64,000 bases of DNA from Anaerolineae bacterium (GCA_035529315.1 DATKWZ010000030.1:67825-131824); one strand, 5' to 3'. Positions 38,701 through 47,989 are shown, counted from the stretch's first letter. A program made the numbers and translations. Notes: generated from the letters alone by a model not told the origin.

Positions 38701-38792
38701 GTAAGATCTACTCCCAAACCGCAACCGCTTACAGCAAGACCGGCAACGGAAGCACCAGTAATCTGGATAAACTTCCTTCGAGTAACATTCAT
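35712..38792 (-). CDS. fdhA: formate dehydrogenase catalytic subunit, selenocysteine-containing (in-frame TGA at 38211-38213)
   Basis: ORFs 38211..38792 and 35712..38162 are a single frame: ..YIEHQARI-U-HSATVAALAESFGRGAMTNHWIDIKN... A Tat signal (RRKFIQITG) and an N-terminal CxxCxxxC..C 4Fe-4S motif are present. The QARI-U-H..FGRGAMTN context is the standard Sec site of FdnG/FdhA-type enzymes. Confidence 0.85.
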
Positions 38793-38836
38793 AAAACCTA
38801 CCTCCTTTTTAAATCTCCGGTTAATATTAATTAATA

Positions 38837-39868
38837 TTATCCACCAATTGCCGACATTTGCCCTGCAACTTCGCCGGGGTGATCACAGGCAATGTTGTGA
38901 TCAAATGGTTTGTGGCTTACAGCTTGTAGAAAAATATCGGCCAGACTGCTGTCAAGATATCCTTTTCTGAGAGGACCTTTAAGATCATCTTGATAATCTG
39001 ACAAAAGACATGCTCGCAGCTGGCCGCTTGCCGTTAATCTCAACCGATTGCATTGATTGCAGAAATGGCGGCTTATTGCATCAATAAAACCTATTTCCCC
39101 TTTTGCGTCTTTAAACTTATAACGCCTTGCAGGGCCGTCATTGATTCCATTTTTAACAGGAATCAATTCCCCTAATTCATTGATGCGTTTTTTTATTTCA
39201 GGAGCAAGCAATTGCTTGCCGATATTCTTAATATGAGGAATTCCTATTGGCATGTACTCGATGAATCGAATATGAAATGGATAAGAAAAGGATAATTTAG
39301 CGATATCTGTTAATTCATCATCATTGATTCCATTTAGGGCTACGACATTAATTTTTATAGGATTAAAACCCTCTCTTTGCGCTGATTCTATACCTTCCCA
39401 GACCTGATCAAACATGTCGTGCCCTGTTATCTCTTTATATTTTTGTCTGTTTAATGTATCCATGCTGACATTGATTCGTTTTATGCCGGCAGATTTAATT
39501 TTTTTAATATTATCTCTCAGCAAAATACCGTTGGTTGTTAGAGACACATCCGCAAGGCCATTTATCTTAGTTAATTCGCCCAGGAAATCGTAAACCCCTT
39601 TTCGTATAAGCGGTTCTCCACCGGTAATTCGGACCTTGGATATCCCCAGCCGCGCCCCGATTCTGACAAGACGCAGTATTTCTTCATATCTTAAAATTTC
39701 TTTATACGGAAGGAGCTGATGCAGATCATCAGGAGCGCAGTATATGCATCGCAGGTTGCAACGGTCGGTAATAGATATGCGCAAATAGTTCAAGCATCGA
39801 TTATATTTATCGATTAAGTGTAAGTTTGGCAATTTTATTATCCTGTTATCGATATACGCCATTACCAT
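38837..39868 (-). CDS. moaA: GTP 3',8-cyclase
   Basis: 343 aa with the radical-SAM motif CNLRCIYC and a C-terminal second cluster CNQCNRLRLTASGQLRAC. It ends 44 nt before the fdhA start. Confidence 0.9.
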   Translation of the reverse strand: MVMAYIDNRIIKLPNLHLIDKYNRCLNYLRISITDRCNLRCIYCAPDDLHQLLPYKEILRYEEILRLVRIGARLGISKVRITGGEPLIRKGVYDFLGELTKINGLADVSLTTNGILLRDNIKKIKSAGIKRINVSMDTLNRQKYKEITGHDMFDQVWEGIESAQREGFNPIKINVVALNGINDDELTDIAKLSFSYPFHIRFIEYMPIGIPHIKNIGKQLLAPEIKKRINELGELIPVKNGINDGPARRYKFKDAKGEIGFIDAISRHFCNQCNRLRLTASGQLRACLLSDYQDDLKGPLRKGYLDSSLADIFLQAVSHKPFDHNIACDHPGEVAGQMSAIGG

Positions 39869-39892
39869 AACCTGTTAGGAGGTAAACTCACA

Positions 39893-40040
39893 AAAAAAAC
39901 GCCTCTGGTATCTTTCTACCAAAGGCGTTTTTTTTTACATCATATCGTACCTTTGGTAACCCGACAATCATGACCTTGCGGCTGTAGACTCGTGGTTTTG
40001 CGCCAATGTCTTTCGACATAGTTGCCTTTTTCTGTACGTT
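39893..40040 (-). promoter_or_regulatory. candidate Moco/Tuco riboswitch with terminator expression platform in the moaA leader
   Basis: On the minus-strand RNA there are two GNRA-capped hairpins (AUGUC-GAAA-GACAU at 40006-40019, and GCC-GCAA-GG at 39973-39983). CACGAGUC and GGGUUACCAAAGG resemble remembered Moco-motif blocks. A 12-bp hairpin ACGCCUUUGGUA/UACCAGAGGCGU plus U8 (39891-39936) follows, ending 23 nt before the moaA ATG. Confidence 0.4.
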
Positions 40041-40266
40041 AAACAAATTTTGACGAATTTATAAAAATCGAAGGCGTAACGTATAAAACAACTTTTTACC
40101 AGCCCATCCATTTTTGTAACTTATAAGTTTGATTCGGTACTCCTGTCAAGAAGAAAGTTAAACAAAAAAACTCCGTGGATTAATCCTCGCGGGAACCATA
40201 CGTGGTCTCAATCGATTCGGCTACTTTATTTACATATGAGAATATTTCGAGGATAGCTCTGAAGCT

Positions 40267-40737
40267 TTAATTTTCTTCTTCAGAATCAATCACATCATCA
40301 TCCGGCTCATCATCCGCCACTTTAATGGAGCAAACATTTTTTAATATTTTATGACTATCAAAACCATCCTCAAACAATTCATCATCCCCAAGCACCTTAT
40401 CTTCAACCTCTTCTAAATCCATACTAACTTCTATTGTTTTTGAAAACGATGCGGCATCATCAAAAAAAAGTTTAATGGGCTCTTTGTATTCCGTGCTATA
40501 TATACTTATAACAGCTTCGGCTAATTTGTCTGCATATAACCCAACAGGAAACATATTATTTGTTCTCAACGCTTCGACCAGATGCTTCCTGCCTTTTGCA
40601 ACAGCCGCTTCTATGTCATTCTTATCGTATGTTTCCTCGCAGACAAGTGAAAAGTGCTCTTTATTTATTTCCAGGAATTCTCTAATTATCAACTCGTTTT
40701 TTTCCTCATTTTTAAGGATTAAATATTTTTGTTTCAT
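40267..40737 (-). CDS. hypothetical acidic protein
   Basis: 156 aa with a very acidic C-terminus (..VADDEPDDDVIDSEEEN). No family was recognised. Confidence 0.45.
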   Translation of the reverse strand: MKQKYLILKNEEKNELIIREFLEINKEHFSLVCEETYDKNDIEAAVAKGRKHLVEALRTNNMFPVGLYADKLAEAVISIYSTEYKEPIKLFFDDAASFSKTIEVSMDLEEVEDKVLGDDELFEDGFDSHKILKNVCSIKVADDEPDDDVIDSEEEN

Positions 40738-40787
40738 TGTTTACCTTTCAAATTTTCTATTGTGGTTCAAATGTCTTACTTTAATGA

Positions 40788-41135
40788 TCAGGCAAGAAGA
40801 TCTCGGATGCTTTTAAGTTCTGATCGGATGTCATCAAGTATGTTTGATGAAGAATTTGACTCTTCTTCAGGAATTTTGGATTTAAGATGCTGCTTTGCTC
40901 CCTGGATAGTATATTTTTTGTTATGTAAGAGATGCTTGATTTTCAGGATAAGCTCAACATCGTTTTTGCTGTACAGTCTCTGGCCTGAAGATGTTCTTTT
41001 TGGTTTTATCTTTGTGAACTCGGTTTCCCAGAATCGTAATACGGACGTTGGAAGCTCTGCGAGTTCGCCAACCTCTCCGATCTTAAAGTATAGTTTGTCC
41101 GGCAATTCTTTTTGATATGGCCTGTTATTTTGCAT
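40788..41135 (-). CDS. MerR-family transcriptional regulator
   Basis: 115 aa with the HTH YFKIGEVGELAELPTSVLRFWETEF..IKPKRTSSGQRLYS. Confidence 0.8.
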   Translation of the reverse strand: MQNNRPYQKELPDKLYFKIGEVGELAELPTSVLRFWETEFTKIKPKRTSSGQRLYSKNDVELILKIKHLLHNKKYTIQGAKQHLKSKIPEEESNSSSNILDDIRSELKSIRDLLA

Positions 41136-41149
41136 ATGTAAAAAATTAA

Positions 41150-43567
41150 TCAGGCAGGAAGTATTGCATCAAATCCCTTTATCAGCTTGCCTGTAATATC
41201 CTTGTGCAGGGAATTTATTATTTTATCTTCAAGTGTTTCAAAGGCCGACCTGTATGTTATTCTAAGTGAGATGCTTTTTTTGCCGGCAGGGATCGGACTG
41301 CCTTCATAAACATCAAACAAATGTAAATTTTCTACCAGATTTTCGTTAAGAACTTCAACACTTTTTATAATATTAAATGCCTCGATATCCTTATCGACAA
41401 TCAGGGTAACATCTCTGGATGTTGATGGAAACTTTGGCAGCGGTTTTGCCGACTTAATATCAGGTATAAGTTCAATAAGATTGTCGGCATTAAGTTCAAA
41501 AATATATGCCTGTTGTTTTAGATCATAATTCTTAAGCACCTGAGGAAGAATCTCTCCGAGAATGCCTATTGATTTATTTCCAGCAAAAAGTTGGGCTGTA
41601 TATCCGGGTTTCGTATAGCAGCAGTCTTCAGGCTGCATGCGGGTAAACTTTACGTTTGTTACGCACAGATTTCTTAAAAAAGCTTCAACAGCCCCTTTTA
41701 TATCATAAAAATCACAGCTTTTTCCCATGGAAAGCCAGGAGTCATCCATTCTATTTCCAGTCCACAGGCCTGCCAGCATTTCAATCTCATCAGGCTGGCT
41801 GTCCTCTTTGCCGGTATTGAAAAAAACATTGCCGATCTCAAAAAGCTTAAGATTCTTATTCTGCATAGCCATGTTGTAATGCATTGTTTCAAGCAGGCCT
41901 GGAATAAGTGATGTCCGCAAAACCGATTGATCCTCTGCAATTGGATTTAAAATGTTCATTAAGCGTCTTTTCTGATCATTTGATTTAAGTTCGAGGCGAT
42001 CGCATGATAATTTATTGATAAAACTATAAGTTATCGTTTCGGTAAAACCAAAACTCACAAGCAGGCGCTTGATATGATACCTTGAATCGATTTTTTTTGA
42101 CGGTCTAACTGCTTCGGCTGCTATAAGAGGAAAGGTTGTTTTAATATGGTTATAACCGTAAAGACGCGCAATTTCTTCTACAAGGTCTTCAAATCTATTT
42201 ATATCCACCCTGAAAGATGGCGGAATAACTCGAAGCTGATCATCGTCAATCTTTTCAACCTTAAATTCAATGGAACTTAAGTGTTGCTTAATATCATTTT
42301 GGCTTAACTCAGTGCCCAACATGCGATTTGTAGAGTCGGCGCTCATGGTAATCACCTTGTCAGGCACAGGTTTTGGATATTCATCAATTGCATCGCCGAT
42401 CAGATTGCCCCCGCAGATTTCGGAGATAAGCTGCGCTGCCCGGTTTAATGCCGTGATCGTGCCCTTAGGATCTGTTCCACGTTCAAAACGGTGGGACGCA
42501 TCTGTGGCAAGCCCTGTTTTTTTAGAAGTCCTGCGAATGCAGGCAGGATCAAAATACGCGCTTTCAAGCAAAATCCTTGTTGTGGACTGTTTGATTTCAG
42601 AATTTAATCCACCCATAACGCCTGCAAGAGCCACCGGTTTTTCACCATCACAGATCATGAGCATTTCCGGAGAAAGAGGGTGCTCTTTTCTATCAAGAGT
42701 TGTAAAAATTTCATCTTTTTCAGCTGTTCTGACAATAATTTTATTTTTTGCAAGGCGGTCAAAATCAAAGGCATGAAGCGGCTGGCCGGTTTCCATCATT
42801 ACAAAATTAGTGATGTCAACAATATTGTTTATCGGCTTTAACCCTATCGATATCAGGCGGTCCTGAAGCCAGAAAGGTGACGGCGCAATTTTAACATCAA
42901 AAACAAGCCGTGCGCTATATCTTGGGCAAAGATCAGGATCTAATATTTTAACCGAAGTAAAGTTTGCAATATCTCCATCAGATTCAGGGAGGCTGATCTC
43001 AGGGCAGGTTAGCTTTGTAGCTTGAAATGCAGCAATTTCACGTGCTGTCCCAATTATACTGAGACAGTCCGGCCTGTTTGGAGTGAGGTCGATTTCAAGC
43101 ACATGGTCTGACAGGTTAAGCGCTTGATGAAGCTTATCTCCAACATCAAAACTTTCTTCGAGCTCCATTATGCCGTTGCTGTTTGCTCCAAGCCCTAATT
43201 CAACGGCGCTGCAAAGCATTCCTTCCGACACCTCTCCCCGGATAGAGCATTTTTCCAGTATGGTTCCGTTCGGAAAAACAGTGCCGGGCAGAGCGCATGG
43301 TGCAAGAATACCGTTTTTTACATTTGGCGCGCCACAAACAACAGGAATAACCCTGTTGCCTATATCCACATGACAAAGTTTAAGCTTATCGGCATTGAGA
43401 TGTGTTTCGATTTCTACAACACGGCCTATGACAACGGTATTGAGATAGCTGTATCTGTCTGAAACAGATTCGACTTCAAGGCCGGCCATGGTAAGAGCAT
43501 CGGCTAAGTCATCAATATTCTTATCAACGGAGATATAGTCTTTTAACCAGCTTAAACTAACCTTCAT
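41150..43567 (-). CDS. pheT: phenylalanine--tRNA ligase beta subunit
   Basis: 805 aa with the N-terminal MKVSLSWLKDYI and a tRNA-binding domain. It follows pheS with a 1-nt gap. Confidence 0.95.
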   Translation of the reverse strand: MKVSLSWLKDYISVDKNIDDLADALTMAGLEVESVSDRYSYLNTVVIGRVVEIETHLNADKLKLCHVDIGNRVIPVVCGAPNVKNGILAPCALPGTVFPNGTILEKCSIRGEVSEGMLCSAVELGLGANSNGIMELEESFDVGDKLHQALNLSDHVLEIDLTPNRPDCLSIIGTAREIAAFQATKLTCPEISLPESDGDIANFTSVKILDPDLCPRYSARLVFDVKIAPSPFWLQDRLISIGLKPINNIVDITNFVMMETGQPLHAFDFDRLAKNKIIVRTAEKDEIFTTLDRKEHPLSPEMLMICDGEKPVALAGVMGGLNSEIKQSTTRILLESAYFDPACIRRTSKKTGLATDASHRFERGTDPKGTITALNRAAQLISEICGGNLIGDAIDEYPKPVPDKVITMSADSTNRMLGTELSQNDIKQHLSSIEFKVEKIDDDQLRVIPPSFRVDINRFEDLVEEIARLYGYNHIKTTFPLIAAEAVRPSKKIDSRYHIKRLLVSFGFTETITYSFINKLSCDRLELKSNDQKRRLMNILNPIAEDQSVLRTSLIPGLLETMHYNMAMQNKNLKLFEIGNVFFNTGKEDSQPDEIEMLAGLWTGNRMDDSWLSMGKSCDFYDIKGAVEAFLRNLCVTNVKFTRMQPEDCCYTKPGYTAQLFAGNKSIGILGEILPQVLKNYDLKQQAYIFELNADNLIELIPDIKSAKPLPKFPSTSRDVTLIVDKDIEAFNIIKSVEVLNENLVENLHLFDVYEGSPIPAGKKSISLRITYRSAFETLEDKIINSLHKDITGKLIKGFDAILPA

Positions 43568-43568
43568 A

Positions 43569-44576
43569 TTAAAACTGCCTTAAGAATCTTAAATCATTCT
43601 CATAGTATTTGCGGATGTCATCAATTCCGTATTTCAGCATGGCAATTCGTTCTATCCCCATCCCAAAGGCAAATCCTGTGAAAATAGATGTGTCGTATCC
43701 GACATTTTCAAACACAGCGGGATGAACCATGCCAGCGCCGATTATCTCGAGCCATCCCGTTTGTGAGCAGACCCTGCATCCCTTTCCCCTGCACATGACG
43801 CAGCGTATGTCAACCTCGGCGCTTGGTTCTGTAAAAGGGAAGAAACTGGGGCGAAATCTCAGGCTTGTCTGTTCGTCAAAAATCTGGTGAATAAAGGTGG
43901 TAAGTATTCCCTTGAGATCTCCGAAAGACACGCGTGTGTCCACAAGAAGGCCCTCCACCTGGTGAAACATAGGGGTGTGTGTTAAATCGGAATCGCACCG
44001 GTAAACCTTGCCTGGAGCAATAATCCTTAATGGAGGCTTCTGCTTTTCCATTATTCTGGGCTGAGTTGGAGAGGTATGAGTTCGTAGAACTATATTTTGT
44101 GATATATAAAATGTATCCTGCATATCCCTGGCAGGATGATTTTTCGGGATATTAAGAGCTTCAAAATTATAATAATCTGTTTCAACTTCAGGTCCTTCAG
44201 CTATAGCAAAACCCAGCCTGGAAAAAATATCACATATTTGCCGGGTAATTTGTGTAATGGGATGCAAAGAACCATGGCTTACAATTCTTCCGGGCATCGA
44301 AACATCAATGCTGTCTTCAATTGCCGCTGACCTGTTTTCTATCCGTATTAATGCTTCCTTAAATGCTTCATCCAGGCTCTTTTTTATTTCATTAGTCTTT
44401 TTCCCCGCTTCTGCTCTTTTCCCCTCTGGCAGGCTTGCAATAGTTCTTAAGAATTGAGTAACAGCCCCTTTTCGCCCCAGATATTTTACAGAAAGATCAT
44501 TAATCTTTTTGGTGTCAGAAGCGGCTTCAATCTCTTTAAGCGCATCCTCCTTAATCTGTTCTATGCTTTTATTCAC
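43569..44576 (-). CDS. pheS: phenylalanine--tRNA ligase alpha subunit
   Basis: 335 aa with class II motifs (FRPSFFPFTEPSAEVD, GFAFGMGIERIAML). Confidence 0.95.
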   Translation of the reverse strand: MNKSIEQIKEDALKEIEAASDTKKINDLSVKYLGRKGAVTQFLRTIASLPEGKRAEAGKKTNEIKKSLDEAFKEALIRIENRSAAIEDSIDVSMPGRIVSHGSLHPITQITRQICDIFSRLGFAIAEGPEVETDYYNFEALNIPKNHPARDMQDTFYISQNIVLRTHTSPTQPRIMEKQKPPLRIIAPGKVYRCDSDLTHTPMFHQVEGLLVDTRVSFGDLKGILTTFIHQIFDEQTSLRFRPSFFPFTEPSAEVDIRCVMCRGKGCRVCSQTGWLEIIGAGMVHPAVFENVGYDTSIFTGFAFGMGIERIAMLKYGIDDIRKYYENDLRFLRQF

Positions 44577-44703
44577 TTATTGTTTTACATCCCTTATCAT
44601 AGGGTATAAAAAAATTGTAACTGTTTACAGTTATCGGCCCACAGTTTTTTCAATAAACCATGCAATGACCGAAGCATGTTGGGTTTTGATGGTTACTCAG
44701 AAT

Positions 44704-45054
44704 TTATATCTGTTGCGCAGCCAGGCCGGCTATCTGTGTGAATGCTAAAGGATCGGATATTGCCAGCTCTGCAAGCACCTTGCGGTCAAGCTCGATATTT
44801 GCGACCTTTAACCCGTGGATGAATTTACTGTATGACATGTCATTCATGCGGGTTGCTGCATTAATCCTGAGAATCCAGAGACTGCGAAAATCCCTTTTGC
44901 GAGCTCTTCGATCCCTATAAGCATACATGAGTGCTTTATCTACAGCATCAGCAGCAGTGCGAAATAGTTTGCTGCGGCCTCCACGAAACCCTTTTGCTAA
45001 TTTTAAAACCTTGTTGCGACGTTTTCTTGCTTTAAAACCTCTTTTAATACGCAT
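44704..45054 (-). CDS. rplT: 50S ribosomal protein L20
   Basis: 116 aa, [25 protein letters not shown]... Confidence 0.95.
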   Translation of the reverse strand: MRIKRGFKARKRRNKVLKLAKGFRGGRSKLFRTAADAVDKALMYAYRDRRARKRDFRSLWILRINAATRMNDMSYSKFIHGLKVANIELDRKVLAELAISDPLAFTQIAGLAAQQI

Positions 45055-45150
45055 AATTTATTCCTCAATAATATTTAGTTCGGCTACCTTGTTAAAATAA
45101 CTCAGCTTGAAAGCTTTGCAACACTACTGTTATTCGTCATTGGCCTCAAC

Positions 45151-45348
45151 CTATGTATTAGGAAGAAGCAGCCGCACTTCCCTTTTGTTGGATTTGTCTA
45201 TAATCTGGCTCTTCCTTAAAGACCTTTTACGTTTAGTGGTCTTTTTAGTCAGTATGTGACTTGAATGCGATTTTGAAAAGACGAATTTACCTGTGCCTGT
45301 TTTCTTGAAACGCTTTGCAGCGGCTCTATTTGTCTTAATCTTTGGCAT
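45151..45348 (-). CDS. rpmI: 50S ribosomal protein L35
   Basis: 65 aa, [22 protein letters not shown]... Confidence 0.95.
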   Translation of the reverse strand: MPKIKTNRAAAKRFKKTGTGKFVFSKSHSSHILTKKTTKRKRSLRKSQIIDKSNKREVRLLLPNT

Positions 45349-45372
45349 GTTATATTTTCTCCTTTACAGCTC

Positions 45373-45420
45373 AAAAATCGATGGCGTGAGCGATTGACAA
45401 ATGCCGGCCCACGCCATCGA
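45373..45420 (-). terminator. hairpin plus U-run between infC and rpmI (terminator/attenuator)
   Basis: An 11-bp stem forms between TCGATGGCGTG (45378-45388) and CACGCCATCGA (45410-45420). On the minus-strand RNA it is followed by AUUUUUGAG and then the rpmI AAGGAG. Confidence 0.5.
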
Positions 45421-45482
45421 AACCTTCTTTCAAAGGCCTCATTAAGGAAATGATTATTAATAAATAATCCGGTTTCCGGTTA

Positions 45483-46022
45483 TTATTTTGGCGATAGAAT
45501 CATCATCATGTTGCGTCCCTCAAATTTGGGAAACTGCTCAACAAATGCTATGTCCTTGGTTTCTTCGGCAATTTGTGCCAACAAATCCCTGCCGAACTGA
45601 GACAGAGTAATTTCCCGGCCTCTGAAAACGACTGTTATCTTGACCTTATCCTTATTGCCTATAAATTTCTTTATATGACCGATCTTGGTCACGAGATCAT
45701 GATTCCCGGTCTTTGGACGTATTTTTATCTCTTTTACCTGAAATGAGCTTTGTTTTTTTTTGGCTTCCTGCAATTTCTTGGTTAGTTGATACTTATACCG
45801 CCCATAATCCATTATTTTGCAAACAGGAGGGTTTGCGTTAGGAGAAATTTCTACCAGATCAAGGCCAAAATCCTTGGCCATTGCGAGCGCCTTATAAGTT
45901 GGAATAACACCGATCTGATTGCCGTCGGGATCTATAACCCTTACCTCTTTTGCTCTTATCTTGTTATTAATGTTTGTTCTGTCTGATCTCTCTGGTTTAT
46001 TTGTGTGTCTGAATATTGCTAT
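45483..46022 (-). CDS. infC: translation initiation factor IF-3 (non-canonical AUA start)
   Basis: The frame is open upstream of Met-45881 and encodes ..INNKIRAKEVRVIDPDGNQIGVIPTYKALAMAKDFGLDLVEISPNANPPVCKIMDY, the IF-3 N-domain. There is no in-frame ATG/GTG/TTG after the AGGAGG (46031-46036). ATA at 46020-46022 sits 8 nt downstream of it. Confidence 0.8.
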   Translation of the reverse strand: MAIFRHTNKPERSDRTNINNKIRAKEVRVIDPDGNQIGVIPTYKALAMAKDFGLDLVEISPNANPPVCKIMDYGRYKYQLTKKLQEAKKKQSSFQVKEIKIRPKTGNHDLVTKIGHIKKFIGNKDKVKITVVFRGREITLSQFGRDLLAQIAEETKDIAFVEQFPKFEGRNMMMILSPK

Positions 46023-46207
46023 GCCTTCACCTCCTAATGTTGCAGTTCAATCAACCGTAGTAAATATTAAAATTTTACAATTTTAATATAGAATACTATC
46101 GCATATATAACAATATTAATAAATGCAAGAAAAAAAATACGGTTTAAAACATTGATTTAAATACAGTGCAACCTTATTGCTGAAAAACAAGAACTCGCGC
46201 TGTAGTG

Positions 46208-46720
46208 CTATTGTATAAGTGTATACTTGGCCAACAGGCTTCCCGCCCAGTAATTATTATTCGGATTTGCAAAATATTGCCTGAAAAGTTTCAGGCTTTT
46301 TTCACGTAATATATTTGGAATCATTAAAATTTTACTATTTCTATACAAAGGAGATAATTTTGTCAAATCAGATTTTGTGAATCCTCCCATTACATCTTCA
46401 TATGCATAAACAATTTTGCCGATATTGCTTAAAACAAGAGCGCAGTAGCACATAAGGCACGGTTCCAGTGTGCAGAACAGGGTTGTTTCTTTCTTGTTTA
46501 AAACCCCTTTAAAATTGACAAGATGCCTTAAGGCAACTATCTCTGCATGGTCTATTTCATTTGCGGAGGTTCCTGAGGTGCCTGCCCGGGATCCGGTTGC
46601 GACAATCTTATCCTGATGCACTATCACACACCCAACAGGGAATTCTCCGGCTGATAATGCCTTTTTTGCCTGGTCAAGCGCTTTTTCCATAAAATAATTA
46701 TAGTTCATAAGTCGTGTCAT
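46208..46720 (-). CDS. CDA-fold nucleoside/nucleotide deaminase (TadA/GuaD-like)
   Basis: 170 aa with the zinc motifs DHAEIVALR and TLEPCLMC. Its C-terminal 60 aa are unlike the TadA I remember. Confidence 0.7.
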   Translation of the reverse strand: MTRLMNYNYFMEKALDQAKKALSAGEFPVGCVIVHQDKIVATGSRAGTSGTSANEIDHAEIVALRHLVNFKGVLNKKETTLFCTLEPCLMCYCALVLSNIGKIVYAYEDVMGGFTKSDLTKLSPLYRNSKILMIPNILREKSLKLFRQYFANPNNNYWAGSLLAKYTLIQ

Positions 46721-47247
46721 ATTGAGCAGCTCCCATCAATTTCAAATGCATAAACAATTCTTGCTTCCATCATGGCCTGCTTTTCCGAAATTGATATAAA
46801 GTCAGCATGTCCGGCAATTTCGAGGAGCTCGGGTTTTGAAGGTATTGAATCAAGGCCGTTCGAAATTACCTTTCCTGTTGATCCGCTGACAACTTCCGCA
46901 TCCTCTCCGTTTGATACGACAACCACAGGCACCTGATAACCGGAAACAAGCCTTGATATGGCAAGAGCGGGCCGGCATCTGGTTACCATGGAACCGGGGC
47001 CGTATTTTATTATCATGCAGATCCTGCCTGATAAAGTAACCATGAAATCAATATTTATAACAGCTGTTTTATCTCCCACATTTACAAGAAGTTGATGCCC
47101 GGCTTTGATCTCCTTTTTTTGATACCCTTTATGATTAACAAGCAAATGCGCCAATTTTTGTCTATATCGCTCGTCATGTGTATCTTTTATGGTTTTGCCG
47201 GTAATATAATCTTCAATTTCACCAAGTATCAGGCAACTTTTGCCCAT
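46717..47247 (-). CDS. hypothetical protein, possibly HsdR-N-terminal-like (restriction-endonuclease-fold) domain
   Basis: 176 aa. ..DYITGKTIKDTHDERYRQKLAHLLVNHKGYQKKEI..INIDFMV..MIIKY.. recalls small proteins annotated as HsdR N-terminal domain. Its stop overlaps the deaminase start (ATGA). Confidence 0.4.
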   Translation of the reverse strand: MGKSCLILGEIEDYITGKTIKDTHDERYRQKLAHLLVNHKGYQKKEIKAGHQLLVNVGDKTAVINIDFMVTLSGRICMIIKYGPGSMVTRCRPALAISRLVSGYQVPVVVVSNGEDAEVVSGSTGKVISNGLDSIPSKPELLEIAGHADFISISEKQAMMEARIVYAFEIDGSCSI

Positions 47248-47270
47248 TTAGTTTTTTAACTCCTCTAAAA

Positions 47271-47430
47271 AACGATGATTTCGTAAAAAGTCGTCACTCC
47301 GGTGAAAACCGGAGTCCATAGCAGTTGCAACTACCTGAAAAGACTGGATAGCGCTTTAGCTTCACTACGTGTCCGGCTTTCGCCGGAATGACGGGAAACG
47401 GTGTTTTTTGACTTTTTACAAGTTCATCAA
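47271..47430. repeat. MITE-like element, family 1 (long form)
   Basis: The ends are AACGATGATTTCGTAAAAAGTC and GACTTTTTACAAGTTCATCAA. The core at 47346-47398 matches 3148-3200. Confidence 0.75.
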
Positions 47431-47469
47431 CTTTAAATTGAGTCTGTTATCGTGTAAAGGAATATTTGC

Positions 47470-47745
47470 ATGATTTCCAAAACATTTGGGGTTTTTTATC
47501 AGCTAATTCCATCGGCCATAGGGAAAATCGGTATGGTATGCGGTTCAAAAGAATGACGCCCCTTTGATCTTGCGTATCATGCTTCCCCCGGGAGCCGCAA
47601 GGGCGGTTGGCTCGGCGCTTGCCAGAAACCCCTTTCCGCTTATCATACCCTGTCATCGCGTGATAAAATCCAACGGCTATCTGGGAAATTTTGGGGGCGG
47701 ATCAGAGATGAAGGAATTTCTTCTACAGATGGAAGGTGTGCCGTC
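47470..47745 (+). pseudogene. methylated-DNA--protein-cysteine methyltransferase (MGMT/Ogt family) remnant
   Basis: MISKTFGVFYQLIPSAIGKIGMVCGSKE stops at TGA 47554. A different frame then gives ..PGAARAVGSALARNPFPLIIPCHRVIKSNGYLGNFGGG..LLQMEGV, which contains the PCHR active site. The DNA-binding middle part is missing. Confidence 0.6.
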
Positions 47746-47989
47746 AAATACCAGGGGGAATCCCTGTCGAGCTGGAACAGGCCCATAATGCCATCCAGGA
47801 TGGCCTCGACCACTTTCTCCGGAACATTTTTTTTGGACAAAAAACCCAGCTTGACCGCACTGCAGACGAGAAAATCGTCTTCCTATACTCTGCTCAATTC
47901 ACGCTCATGCGCAAGACCGGCCAACTCCCGCAGCTTTTTACGAATTGGTTTTGCATGCTGATGTGTCATATTTTATAATATTATCAAGA

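Noticed and set aside
44577-44703. A Phe-rich leader peptide (pheM-like attenuator) between rplT and pheS
   Set aside because: A 26-codon ORF ends ..QFFYTL, but the Phe codons are simply the U-run of a weak hairpin (UAACUG-UAAA-CAGUUA). No antiterminator alternative was visible.
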